64,000 bases of DNA from Narcine bancroftii (Eukaryota), in contig NC_091477.1 of the NCBI RefSeq assembly GCF_036971445.1, positions 101,680,001 to 101,744,000 of the forward strand, written 5' to 3'. The first letter of the stretch is position 1, and every line of letters starts with the position of its first letter. Positions 50,501 to 63,669 of the stretch are shown here, piece by piece. The translations under genes were made by a program, and so were the position numbers. Below the pieces are notes generated by a model. That model saw only the letters and a program-made list of their open reading frames with translations. It had not been told where the DNA came from and made no database searches.

Positions 50501-53500
50501 GCTCATGATCTGGGTTTGATACTGACCATTGGTTCCATCTTTGGAAGTTTCAGGTTCTTCCTGTGACCAATGTGTTTTTCATGAATTCTCCAGCTTCTAT
50601 GTACTTTATTTGGCTACTACAAATTACTTCATGTGTAGATGGGTGGCAGAAGAAACATGGGTATGTAAAAGAGAATAGACTACAGAAAAATAGTGGGATA
50701 AACAAGATTGTTCTGTAGCCAGACACATTGTGACAAAGAAATATGAACATGAGAAACTAGCAATATTGGGAGACTTATTAAAAAAAAATCTGTACAGGGA
50801 AAGGGAAGACAAAAAGAAAACCAAAGAAAAACTTATTTCTCATTCTGAAACAAATATTTTATTTTACTCCCTCTCTGATGATGCCCCCAGATCTGATGAA
50901 CATTTTACACCAGACAGGTAAAGGAAGATTAGTCAGCAGAAAACACAACTGGAAAATGAACATTTGAATTCCAGTTTCAGCTCTATTCTGGTAATAACAG
51001 GAGTTAATGAATTTATTGAAGCTCCATCTGAACTAACCTAACAAAAGGATAAATTTGTAGAAACAAATTTATACCAGTAAACTTGGAAATAAATCAGAAC
51101 TTTAAATGGAAAGTAAATGGGAAGGGAAATAACAGGAGTGAACAAGAACTACTAAAATATCAAACTCACAATATTGGGAAATGTATTGAGTAGGCAGAAT
51201 TTGTGACTCAGCAGCACCATCACTGACTTAGCTGGATTTCCTGAAAAACACAGCTGCAGGCTTAGGTAACAAACACGAGGCAACATTCAGAAGTAACTCC
51301 CTCAAAGCTTCAACATAACCCACAAGGTTTTGTTTTGTTCTTTTCTCTTTACTGAATGGCAATGCCTAACAGAGAAAATGACAGATCCAGCACAGACAAT
51401 TTAAGTAGTCATTAGAAAATGTGAATGATACAGAAACAGCATAAAACCGTCAGTATCTCCAGCTGTGCTGATGTTAAATTCAATTAGATCTGATCTGTAT
51501 CATAACTATTTACCATTAAAAGGTTGTTCTCAAATTGTTGACGTGGACTTGGGCAGAACAGGATTTTACATTCCAATTCTTTGGATGAAAATGTTTCAGA
51601 TCATTTCTGATTTTCCTGACTCTAGAATTATATTGTAGTTCTTGGAGTAGAAATCTTTTTATTTAAAAAAAAAACATTAATAACTTTGGTGAGCACTTGG
51701 CAGAACATTTTGGAGCTGGTATGATCTGTGGCACTGGTACACTGGGCTATGGTGCGAAACACAAGACAAAATAAATCCAGTCAACCCATTTCTGAAAATT
51801 GCCCAGATTTTAATCACAGAAGGTACATCTCAGTGAGCCTATCAGTGTACTATTCATCAAGCAAATTTTCCTCATAGTTGAAGTTTAAATTTAATAAGAC
51901 TTCCAAAACCACTCATAAGCACGAGAGCAAATATTACCCCAAACTTTCTGCAGAACAATTTTAACAACAAGAGGAGGCACGTGCCAGCAGTCAGTACATC
52001 AAATGAAGCTGTAAAATCTGCTGACAGGAAAGTCATTAAAAGAGACAATTAGCCTGTGACTATAGAGACAGACTGGGTGAAACAAAGCCACAAAGTTACC
52101 ATAATTGCCAGTTTAATTGGACAGTGTAGCTGCAACATCCAACAACAGATTATGCAATAACTTTAAAAAATTCTTGAATGGTTCAGTTACTACAGCTCAA
52201 GACACTAATAGGGGGAAATAATAAGCGGCATCTGCCTTAAACAGGAACCTGTCAGATCAATGGAACCATCCAAGAAAAGATATCATAGCTATTCAACAAT
52301 AACATCATAGGGCTCAACTTATGATCTGCCCAAACAACAAAGCAACTGGTCATTTCACATCTTTCATCCAGGGTGGACAGAAAATTATCATTGAAAGGAA
52401 AGGGAAGAGGTGGAGACCTTAATATCAAGGCAGTATTTGATGAAATACAACAATGAGAATTCTAAAACTGCTGAAAGGAAAACCCTTACTTGTGGAACAT
52501 GTAGATGGCAGAAACTAACCAGACCAATTACTAAGACTGCTTTTTGAGATTGTCGCATCAGTATCCATTGCACATTGGAGTTCAGTGGATTTAGTCAGTC
52601 AATGTCATAATAAGTTTTGGAATAAATGAGAACAAGTTGTATTTCATAAATAATATGAGGCTTAGAAAATAGATAAAAGGAGCAATTTAATTAAATATGC
52701 CAGAAATGAATATGGTCTTGCAGGAAGGAAGACTAAGAGGATGGGGAGAGGATAGGAAACAACGAACAATGTCTGGGAGTTATTGGAATAAACACTGGTA
52801 TTTCCTTGCATTTGTAGTCTTAAAATGGCTAGATCAGCACAGTGGTGTGTGGATTGTCAGACTGTTTCCCTGCCAACTGTCCAACTTGTTCCCTTGTCAT
52901 TCTACTGGGAGCTGAAATCTTCCAGACAGGTGGACCTGACCATTCAAACAACACTGGAATTTGGTGAACAAAAATAAAATGCTGAAAATAAATCAGCAAA
53001 TTATGGAATATCTATGGGTAAAAAAAACAGTTAACATTTCAGGACACCTCACCTAGGTTTCAGATTTCCAGGATCTGTTTTAAATTTGGTAAATAATACC
53101 CATTTAATTTGCTCAAAATACCACTCAAGGCAGCTGAGGAGCTTTGCATATACAGGTATAATTTAAAGATGACAGCAGCTGGCCCTAAATTGTTTTGTTA
53201 CATACAAACTTCCATTGATCCCAGATGATTTACATAAAAATCCCAATAAAGCTTTGCAGCTATGTCCCAAAGTAGGTTGGGGATTGCTATGTGGCTGTAC
53301 TGATTTCACCCCGAGGACACGTGAAAAATACCAACAAATGTGAAATGAAGATAGAAACATCAGTGCACATGTGGAAACTGACCATGTGACCCACTCATGC
53401 TGATGCATACCAAGTGACATGCTGTGAGATAACTGAAGAGAAGCGTAGGTATGGACAAATTAATTTAAGATTGAAAAGATTATTAACATTAAATTTGTAA

Positions 53501-54296
53501 CTAATTGCAAAAGTGCTTGGGGCTCAAATTTGCAGTTTGCAATAAAACAATTGACCTCAAAAAATATTCCCAGCATGATCGAGCCATCTCTATGGCAAGA
53601 ACTTTGAATTGCAAGTGCTTTGCTACTGTAAAAGACAGTTCAAATCACTGGTGCCCGGCATCTACATCAAATTTAGCAGCCAGTGACATTAAAGAATTTT
53701 TACAGAGAGCACAACTTGCACTTAATAAAAAGTGGGATTAGGCGTATGATAAAGATAGTTTGATTTCATGAATATTTTATATTCTATTTTCAATTTACAA
53801 TACAAAAGGATTGTGCAGAATTAGTTATTTTAAAACCAGACAAGTTGCTAAACAATAACAATTAATTTAGTTTGTGATTAAAAACTCATAGGTCCTTTGC
53901 AATGAATTGTAAAATTGGCAGGGTATTTTGAAGAACTCCCAGTTTCCAGATTTCCTCAGGGAAGAATCACTGAAAAACCTGACTATTTGGTGTTGAACTG
54001 CAGATCCCCACCCAACAAAATCCTCAATTCCCCATCACCCTCTCTAAAAGATTACTGGAACGTAAAAATCAGAAAATGCTTGCCTGCAAGTTGCTATTTA
54101 AAGTGAAGTTTCAAAGAAGAAACAGAAATAATTTCATACTGGTAGCAAAGAAAAAAAAACCAGGAAAAGTACAATCAAAAAAGGTAAATGACATACAATT
54201 GCTCAAACTAATTATCTCCATATGTGCTGCAACTTCTACAATAAGTATTTTGGAGAAATAAATTTATGGAACAGAAAATATATAACTATTTCTTAC

Positions 54297-54372
54297 CTAA
54301 ATAATCAGAATATGTTCCATATGCAAATAGGTTCAACAATTCAAAATAGGCAGCATGTGATCCATTAGCCAG
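54297..54372 (-). CDS. COPS7B: COPS7B coding exon 2 (76 nt)
   Basis: LANGSHAAYFELLNLFAYGTYSDYL; acceptor cttcccag, donor G|gtaaga. Confidence 0.94.
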
Positions 54373-54552
54373 CTGGGAAGCAACACACAAAGATCACAAA
54401 GTTAAAAACACTATTTTAAAATTGGAAATCTACAATTTTAAAAGTCAGACAAAAATAATTTATTCAAATTTAAAGCTTAACTTCTTAGTAATACTCTGAA
54501 ACTAATGTTCAATATTGTATAAAACCCATCGACACAAATCTCAAATTTTCTT

Positions 54553-54740
54553 TGAGGTTTAGACTAGCAGGGGAGTAGCTACGTCATATACCCTAGACCA
54601 GAGGAGCAGTCCTCTTCTAGGGGGCCATCATCTGCAACAAGGCGCTGAGCTGTGAGGGAAGGGTGACACCCACCTAGCCAGCCAGATCAGCAGAATTATC
54701 CCAAGCGATCGCAGTGTCACAGCCAGATCGACCTCATACC
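54553..54740 (-). pseudogene. 3'-truncated 7SK snRNA retrocopy with 18-bp TSD
   Basis: Minus strand reads ggtatgaggtcgatctggctgtgaca...gctgatctggctggctaggtgggtgtc...agggtata..gtagct.ctcccctgctag, matching vertebrate 7SK blocks in order; TSD at 54535-54552 and 54741-54758. Confidence 0.88.
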
Positions 54741-55514
54741 CAAATCTCAAGTTTTCTTAGTTCAATACAAAGCTTTTGCAAACAACCACTGCAAAATTAC
54801 TTTGCCCATAGGATGAATAAAATTGATTTGATGAAAACTGACATTCTTTCATTCAAAAGAAATTTTCACATTAAATGAAAGAGATTTTTACTTTGGTGCA
54901 CCTCATGTCAGGGTTACATTTTGTCATGTTGACCAGATAATTAGGATTCCATCTTCATACTATCAAACAATTTAAAAGTGAGCAATTCACAAATAATCTC
55001 AGTTTTATGCCATTTCTCATACGATGCAAGAGGTGACCAATATTCATTAATTGCCACGCCTCGGTCACTTTAATCCATCACCACTGATCACATACTGAGT
55101 GAATTCCAAATTTTGGAACACTGAATGCCATGTGTATTTACAATGGCCAAATAAAATTAAAAACAAAAATAAATTGTAATTTTAAGAATGCATATTGATC
55201 ACAATTATGAGCACATTAGACTTCATACATCTTACTGAGAACATAGAAATATCATTATCTTTTCTTTAAATGTGCCCCCCACCAGGTTACAATTGAAAAC
55301 CTGAAGTGATTTAAAAATCTGATTTCTCTCATTTCTGCTATTTGTAAATTTTCTATTCTACAATCCTGCTCTATTTTGTTTATTTTCTGTTTTTCTGCTT
55401 TGTTAATTAACCTTTTATTTCAAATTTAATTATATCCATTTTACAACTCAAAGTTTCAAGTCCAACCATTTCATGCTTCCCCCACCCCCCAACCAAAATT
55501 GTTAAAAAATAAAA

Positions 55515-55938
55515 GGGCCACCAATACCTCTGAGCAGAAAGCCTTCCAAAAGGTAGTGGACACAGCCCAGTACATCAGAGGCAAACCTCTCCCCACCATT
55601 GAGAAAATCTACATGGAACACTGCCATCAGAGATCAGCAGCAATTATCAAGGATCCACACCAACCAGGACACATTCTGTTCTCACTGCTGCCATTAGGAA
55701 ACAGGTATAGGTGCCACAAGACGTACCACTAGGTTCAGGAACAGTTGCTTATCCTCTACCATCAGACTCCTAAACAACAAACTCTATCAAGATTCAAGTT
55801 TCCAAGAGGTTGATTTAAGGACTCTTAATTTGTACATCATTTATTATTGAAATTTTCAGTTCTGCACAATTAGTTCACATTTCTTTGTTTAAATTTCTCC
55901 TTTGCATCCGTATCTTTGAGTACAGTTTTTTTTGCACT
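55515..55938 (+). mobile_element. Rex1/Babar-type LINE 3' fragment
   Basis: QKVVDTAQYI.GKPLP..IIKDPHQPGHILFSLLP.G.RYR. Confidence 0.8.
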
Positions 55939-56320
55939 GTGTGCTCGGATGCCCTAATCAGTGACGCACAGTTGCCAGCAGTGGGTGTTACCACTGGAGC
56001 CATCAATCAACTGAATGTTTATGATCTTTGCTTCGGTTGAGATCGAAGTTTTGTGAGTCTTGTGTTTGTTTAGTGTCCAAGTTTTTCTGTGGGCTGGTTG
56101 GAAATATAACTTAGACTTTAATTATATATGTTATATTTAGGCTATGGAATTTATTAGTTTTACACTGTTATAGAAATTTGCATAGTAACCAGTGGGCATT
56201 GTTATAAAAGGGGGATTTTGAATTAAAGTTTGAAGGTGAATTTTTGTTAATAAATAAATTGTTCATCTTTACCCCTGTGTGATATCCCTTCTTTATGGTT
56301 GCTGGTTTAATCTTGTAACA
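55939..56320 (+). mobile_element. Possible partial LTR
   Basis: AATAAA at ~56248 and an LTR-type end ...gtaaca; no matching 5' end or TSD found. Confidence 0.3.
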
Positions 56321-56399
56321 AACATTATGACAGGCATAAATAGAATGGATAGCCAGAATCCAAATCCCATTGTAGGAATTTCCAAAACTAAAAGCATGG

Positions 56400-57535
56400 G
56401 TTTGTGAAAGACAGGAGATTTAAAGGGGATTTGAATAGTTAATAAAGAGTTGTTAGCATCTTGGAGGAAGTGATGGAGGCTGGAACAGTAACATTCAAGA
56501 GGCATCTGAGCAGTTACATAAGAAATACATAGAGGAACAGTGAATTAATGCAGGTGTTAGGTTAGTTTAGACAAGCACAATGGTCAGCACATACTCTGTG
56601 GGCTAATGGGCCTGTTTCTATTCGACAAAACTCATACAACTCAATGACTTTATATTAATAACATGGAGGAAGAAACAAATGTATGGTAGCCAAATTTGTG
56701 AATGACACAAAAAAAATTGGAAGGAAGCTAAGCTGCAGAGGATTTTAATAATTTAAAGAAAAATATTGACAGTATAAGTGAGTGATCAAAATGTTAATAA
56801 ATGAAGTACAATAGAGCAAAGTATAAAGCTGTTCATTTTGGAGGGAAGAGGAAATGAACAGTATTATTTTAAAAATATCAAAACGACAGAATTAATGAAT
56901 TTTGAACATCCGTGCATGAAACAGAAAGCTCGCACACAACTGCAGCATGTAATGGGAAAGTCTAATAGAAAGTTGGCTCTCATCTCAAAGGGATAGAAGT
57001 ATAAAAGGAGGGACATCTTACCACAATTGTAGAGTACAAGTGAGACCACATATAGATTACTTTGAACAATTTTGGTCTTCCTTTTAAAGGAAAGATACGA
57101 TTTAATTGGAGGTGCTTCAATTCCCACAATGATTCCAGTTGTGAAATGGTTGTCCTGCAGGAGAGGTTAAAATGGTTGCAACTCTACACAGTGGAATTTA
57201 GAAGAATGAGGAGCAATCTTATTGAAACATACAAGATTCTTGGGGACTATACTGTGTAAATGCTGAGAGGATGTTTTCTCTCATGGGAGAGCCCAGAGCC
57301 AAAGGGCATGATTGCAGAATAAAGGGGCACATATTTAAAGACAGAAATGAGAAAGAATTTCTTCACCCAGAAAATGCCTTGCCACACAGAAGTGTAGATA
57401 TCCTGGGGTATATTTAAGGCCAAGTGAGGCTTTGCAACAGCAAGAAAATCAAGAATTATGGAAAAATGATTGGTAAATGAATCCAAGGATCAATGCATCA
57501 AGTGAGAGTTAGAATGGCATCTCTAGTGTTCTTAT
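56400..57535 (+). mobile_element. CR1-type LINE relics
   Basis: LEFRRMR..LIETYKIL-like frame at 57190-57240 and a CR1 3' region. Confidence 0.65.
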
Positions 57536-58328
57536 GTTTTGTGGCCTTGTAGAATACTCACATCATATCTCTAGGAAAACTATTGGCACAGAAACCATGT
57601 CTAGTTTTAACTTGAGAAGTACAAAACACAAGGATCACATATCATTATTAGATAATAACTAATTTGTTTCACTTATGCCAATTTTCTTTATCCCTGGAAA
57701 CCTACCTCAATGTGTGAGCTAGTTTCTTTTATTTTGTGAAAGACTTCACTGAACTTGCATCCACTGACTTTCAGGCAGTTCATTCAAGATCATAACCTCC
57801 ACACAAAAAATACCCAATCTTTTAAATGGTTATTTTATAAATAACTTTAAATTTGTGGCCTCTGGTTATGTGTGGGCTACTGCTAATTGAAACAATTTCC
57901 CTCCATCAAAAACTGTTATTACATTTTGTAGTCTTTTAACATTCCCTTCACTCTTTCTGCTCTGAAGAAAACAATTACATCTTCTCTGGTTGTATTTTAG
58001 TCTCAGGTTACCAAAAAATTGGAAATACTTTGTGACAATAATATGGCATGGCAGAATTGAACTCAAGTCTCATGCTTTCCCAAGTTACTTCTTTAGGAAG
58101 CTTGGTTGATTATAAGCAAATGATAATTTGAAATAATCTTACAAAATAAAAAGATTAAACATAGCGTTTAATATTTTTGCTCAATTTTTCCACTGTAAAA
58201 GATCTTACATAAATTATTTAACAAAATATTCATCATAATGCTTGAGAGGTAAACATGTTAAAAAATTGTTGCAGTCTTCTACATGCTACATTTATGACCA
58301 CTCAAGGTAATTCACCATTCGTTCTTAC

Positions 58329-58490
58329 CTCCTGTATATTAGGCGTTTCTAGAAGTTCGCCAAATACAAAAACTCCAGGAGCTTCCAAAACTTGGTTAAT
58401 AAGGGTAGTTAATGCTGATCCTTTGGCATTTCTAGATAACAAAATGAACTGTTCCAAAGGGTGACTTGCAGATTTTGATTCACTTGCCAT
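58329..58490 (-). CDS. COPS7B: COPS7B coding exon 1 (162 nt); exon begins at 58507
   Basis: [54 protein letters not shown]; acceptor gctttacag, donor GAG|gtaaga. The upstream non-coding exon and promoter were not found in the window. Confidence 0.95.
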
Positions 58491-58984
58491 TGTTCAAAGG
58501 AGATTCACTGTAAAGCAAAGGAAAAAAAAACAATTTTAGATTTACTGTGGTTAAAAAGAGAATATTTTATATCAAGTAAAATTATGTTTATAAATGGAGC
58601 TCCTCTGAGTTACTGTACTCTGTCCTAATTTAACTTGCAATAATTAAGACTGAAACACCAACTTTTAAACATTAAAAGTTCAGTTGATTACAAGAGAAAA
58701 AAAAGAACTACAGACACCAGAATTCTGGGTGAACAAAGAAGCAGGAAGGACTCAGCAAGTCTGGCAACATCCATGGAGAAAAATGATCAGTCAACATTTC
58801 AGGTGAAGACCTTTTAGCGAGAAAGTAATCTCGTATACACTGAATACAATTTTAGAAAAAAAATGAACAGCTCAATCTCTGACATTTTTCTTCTAAGTCC
58901 AGAGAGGCTAATTATGGAGCATAACAACTCCTCTCTCAGAAAGAACTGGGAACCACTTTAATTGGTCTATTGTCGCAAGAGATC

Positions 58985-60060
58985 AATAGCATACACCATC
59001 ATTCTGACCCACCAAATGATGCTAAATCACCTGGATAACAAGAATAACCACTTCAGGGTATTGTTCATTGACTACAGCTCTGCACTTAACATCATCATGC
59101 AAAACTAAGGGATCACCTCTTCCTTGCTGACCATCAAACAGGGGCATCCCAAGCCATGTGATTAGTCCCCTGCTCTACACCCTGTACACTCATGTCTGTA
59201 TAGCCAAGATCAGCTCCAATGCAATCTACAAATTTTCAGATAGTACTATTGTTGTTGGCTGAATAACTGGAAATGATGAGTCACAATGAAGGATGGAGAT
59301 AGAGAATCCAGTTGGGTGGTGCAAGAACAACAATTTTGCTCTCAACATCACCGAGACCAATGAGCTTATCATTCAATTTAGGAAAGAGGCTGAGGGACTA
59401 CAAGGTGGAGAGAGTTAGCATCTTCAGGTACCTTAGGTGTCCATATTTCAGAAGATGTCTCCTACAGCCAGCACACCAAGGCAAACATTAGAAAGGCACA
59501 CAAACGCATCTACCTGTGAGGAAATTTGAAATACCATCGAAAACTCTATCCAACCTCTCTAGGTGCACTATGGAAAGTATACTGACTGGCTACATCACAT
59601 TTTGATTGGTAACTCTAGTGCACAGGCACACAGGTTGCAAAAATAGCCAAGTCAATAGGTTCTCATCCACTAAAGATATCAATATGAGACACATCATAAA
59701 GGACCACCATCACCTCTTCTCACTGCTACCTATGGGAAAAAGGTGCAGATGCCTGATGTCCAGTACCTCCTGATTCAAGAACAGTTTCTTCCACACCCTC
59801 CCCCCCCCTACCCAAATATAGCTATCAGGCTCTTGAACCTCCCCCAAGGCACTAATCATAAACTACAAAGAGAGCACAAAAAGAACAATTTTGTTTCTTA
59901 CAGTATGGTAACAGTAAAAATTCTCTTTTGTATTTATTATCCATCTTCAATGTAATGTTTGTAGTTTTTTTTTAAAAAATTAAGTACCTGTTCAGCTGCA
60001 GCCAGTAAAAATTTTGGTGTGTTTGTAAATTTTACTATGTATTTAACAAAAACTTATTAT
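58985..60060 (+). mobile_element. Degenerate Rex1/Babar-type LINE
   Basis: HLDNKN..RVLFIDYSSA, SPLLYTLYTH motifs. Confidence 0.75.
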
Positions 60061-60339
60061 TAATGTGCCAAGCAAATTATTGGAAAATCAAATTATATAA
60101 TAAAGGAAAATAAAACAGAAAATACTTGGAATATTAAAACTGGAGTATAATTTTGCAGCTAGATGTTCCTTGCTTTTTCACATCAATTGCAGTTTGAATT
60201 CTGAAATTCCAATGTAAACCAGTCACATTTGCAAAGGCAAGTAAATCAAGGGGAAAAATTGATGAAAGCATAGATGTTCAGAGTACATAAAGGATGTTAC
60301 AGAAATAACTACTGAAATGCAATGAAATCAGAGCTACAA

Positions 60340-61110
60340 AGTTCAGATTTATTGTCTGAGTACATGCATGACATCACACAACCCTCAGATTCTTTTTTCC
60401 TGCGGACGAGGCTGAATTACCACTCACTGGTAGTGCTAAAAAATGTACATGGCATATACATGTAAACAATAAAGAAATGTAAACAGATGGTGAATATAAA
60501 CAACTGCAATGCAGAGAGAATAAAAACAAAATCAATAAAGTGCACGAGTCCTTAAATGAGTCCATGATTGAATTGCTTGTTGATGAGACTGACAGTGGAG
60601 GGGTAGCAGCTGTTCCTGAACCTGGTGGTGTGGGTCTTGTGCCATCTATACCTCTTTCCTGATTGCAGCAGCAAGAACAGTGTATGCAGGATGAAATGGA
60701 TCTTTGATTGCTGCTGCCCTCCAACGGCAGCGTGCCCTGTAGATGTGGGGAAGGTTTTGCCTGTGATGTCCTGGGTTGTGTCCACTACCTTTTGGAAGGC
60801 TTTATGTTCAGGGGTATTGGTGTTCCCATACCAGACCATGATGCAGCCGATCAGCACACTTTCCTCCATACCTCTGTAGAAATTTACCAGGGTTTCTGGT
60901 GTCATACCAAACCTCTGCAAATTCCTGAGGAAGTAGAGGCGCTGCCATGCTTTCTTCATGATGCCTCCGAGATAGTGACTCCCAAGAACTTAAATTGGCT
61001 CACCCTCTCCACCTCTGATCCCCCAATGATCACCAGATTGCATACCTCTGGCTTTCCTTTCTAATCAGCTCATTAGGTTTGGTGACACTGAGTGCAAGGT
61101 TGTTGGTTCA
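60340..61110 (-). mobile_element. Rex1/Babar-type LINE 3' fragment
   Basis: KKAWQRLYFLRNL..FG..PETLVNFYR..ESVL.GCI.VWYG; tail aataaatctgaac; same family as 25010-26037. Confidence 0.85.
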
Positions 61111-61469
61111 ATCATTGAACCATTTTTTTGTTATTGCTGCTCTTTTTCAGTCACTCGAGTCAGAGATGGAAGGCATCGTTTCAGAAATGTATAGGATCAT
61201 TGTTATATTCCACCAAAATATATATTGTGTGTGGCTGTGCAAGTAATATATGTAAAACAAACATGGGGGAAATTTAACACAGATGTGAGAAACTTGTCTT
61301 TATTCTGCTATGCATCTTTTGGGAAACCAGAGGGGAAATCCTTAATCGTGACATTGATTGTAGGAGGATCTGATGAGAGAATAGTTTTATGGGATGAGCC
61401 AAGACAAATAAGGCACTTAAATAGAATGTTTGATTCCAATTGGCTGTGACATCAAATAAAATGAGACCT

Positions 61470-63125
61470 CACTTGGAGTAATATTAGCATTTTTGGGCTC
61501 CTCATTTAAGAGAGGAAGTGCTGATGTTGGAGAGGGTTCAGAGGAGATTCACAAGGATGATTCCAGGAATGAAAGGGCTCACACATCATCTAAGGAGTGT
61601 TTGACAGTTCTTGACCTGTACTCATTGAAATTGGAATTTGGTTGGGGGGGTGGGGGGAATCTCGTTCAATAATTTTGAATGTTGAAAGATGTGGACAGAG
61701 AATCGGAATTTATTGTCATGAACATGTCATGAAATTCTTTGTTTTGCAGCAGGATTACAGTGCAAATATTGTTCAAAGTATATTTTAAAAACAAATAAAT
61801 TTAGTCCAAAGATAAGAAGTGGAGCCTGTGGTTCATCGTCCGTTCAGAAATCTGATGGCAGAAGCTATCCTTGTGGCACTGGGTGTTCATCTTCAAGCAT
61901 CTGTACCTCCTTCCAGCAGCAGTGTGAAGAGTGCATGGCCTGGATGGTGAGGGTCCCAGATGAAAGACACTCCCTCTTGTAGATGTCCTCAATGGAATGA
62001 AGACAGATACCTGAATGCCGTTAGCCGAGTTCACAACTCTATAGTTTTTTTTCATGACTGTGCATTTGTATCTTCATACCAGACAGTGATGCAATCGGTT
62101 AGAAAGTCCTCATTGGTGCACCTGCAGAAATTTGCAAAACTCCTTGGTGATGTATCACATTTCCTCAAACTCCTCACAAAATGTAGTTGCTGGTGAGCCT
62201 TCTTTATGAAGGCATCGACATTGAGGCTCCAAGACAGATCTTCAGATATATTTACACCCAGGAATTTGAAGTTCTTAACCCTTTCTACTACTGACCTCTC
62301 GATGAGGACTGGTTCATTTTCTCCTGATTTCTCCCTCCTGTAGTCAGCCTTTCCCCTCTTCATAATCAGCTCCTTGGTTTTTCTAACGTTAAGTACAAGG
62401 TTGCTACTGTGACACCATTCAACTAGCTGATCTAGTTTGCTCCTGTCCGCTTCCTCATTGCAGTCTGTGATTCTGCTGACTGTGGTGTCATCGTCAAATT
62501 TGTAGACAGTATTTGATTTATGCCTAGCCACACAGTCATGAGTGTAGAGCAAGCAGTGCAGTGGGCTAAGCGCGCATCTTTGAGGGGCACTTGTGTTGAT
62601 CATCAGTGAGGAGACATTGTTTCTGCTTTGTATCGTCTGTGATCTTCTAACAAGGAATTCAAGAATCCAGTTGCAGAGGCCCAAGCTTTCAAGATTGGGG
62701 ACCAGTAGTGAGGGTACTTTGGTGTTGAAAGTTGAGCTACAGTCAATGAAGAATAGACTGATGTACCTGTTGCTGTGTCTGGATGATCCAGAGTGGAGGA
62801 GATGGAGGAAAGGTTGTTTTCCATAGTGAGACAGTCTAGGACAAGAGGGCACAAGTTCAGGATTGAAGGGCGTCTGATTAGAACAGAGATGCTAAGGAAT
62901 TTCTTTAGCCAAAGGATGGTAAATCTGTGGAATTTGTTGCCAGACAATTGTGGAGGTTGCCATTGGATGTATTTAAGGCAGAGATTGATAGGTCCTTGAT
63001 TAGCCAGGGCATCAAAGATTATGGGGAGAAGGCTGGGCAGTGGGACTAAGTGGGAAAATGCATCAGCTCATGATCAAATGATGGGCAGTCTCAATGAGCA
63101 GAATAGCTTTGCCTTATGGTCTTTT
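61470..63125 (+). mobile_element. CR1 LINE 3' end split by a Rex1/Babar insertion
   Basis: LERVQRRFTRMIPGMKG before 61700 resumes at ~62795 with RLFSIVRQSRTRGHKFRI..RNFFSQRMVNLWNLLP. Confidence 0.8.
61701..62795 (-). mobile_element. Rex1/Babar-type LINE fragment nested in CR1
   Basis: LCNWILEFL, YTHDCVA, YKFDDDTTV, FKFLGVNISEDLSW, KKAHQQLHFVRSL. Confidence 0.85.
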
Positions 63126-63669
63126 ACAATGGCATTTTCCTAGCTGTGGCAAATTTTAGCCCAGTATCATCACAATACTTTTAAAAATTGTTTCCAATAT
63201 ATGAGCATTAGTAAATTTTCCTGCTGATTCATTGACATTTTAACCAATACATTCAGTCTGGACAAAGAATTGAATAATAACGCCAATCATTCTGCAAAAC
63301 AAATAATAGCTGAGAGAGACAGCATAGAAACAAGCTCCTCTGTGCTTTCTTGTGCTATTGCTTCATTAGCTTGTATGTTTCCCTTCTGTCTTGCAATACT
63401 TTTATGCCGATCATCAACCATTTAATTACATTTATCTTACACTAATCTATTTTCCCCCCACTAGTTTTCTTTTAGTAGTTATAACCATGCTTTTTAAAGT
63501 GGTTGATTCCAAAAAATAAAGCGTATAATATAAAACTGCCTTTTTTCAAAGGCCTCATCAAGAATGAACCAATTTCATTTGCTGGATCCCTAAATAATAG
63601 ATTATCTGTGCACGTATTACTTTATTTCATGCCTCATAAGAATCCTTTCAACTTTTCAACTGTCTAATT

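Noticed and set aside
54553-54740. Functional 7SK gene
   Set aside because: Lacks the 3' hairpin and oligo-T terminator, has no evident upstream Pol III promoter, and is TSD-flanked
33784-58490. Calling the gene COPS7A
   Set aside because: The 264-aa length, SSRH C-terminus and NPPC neighbourhood fit COPS7B
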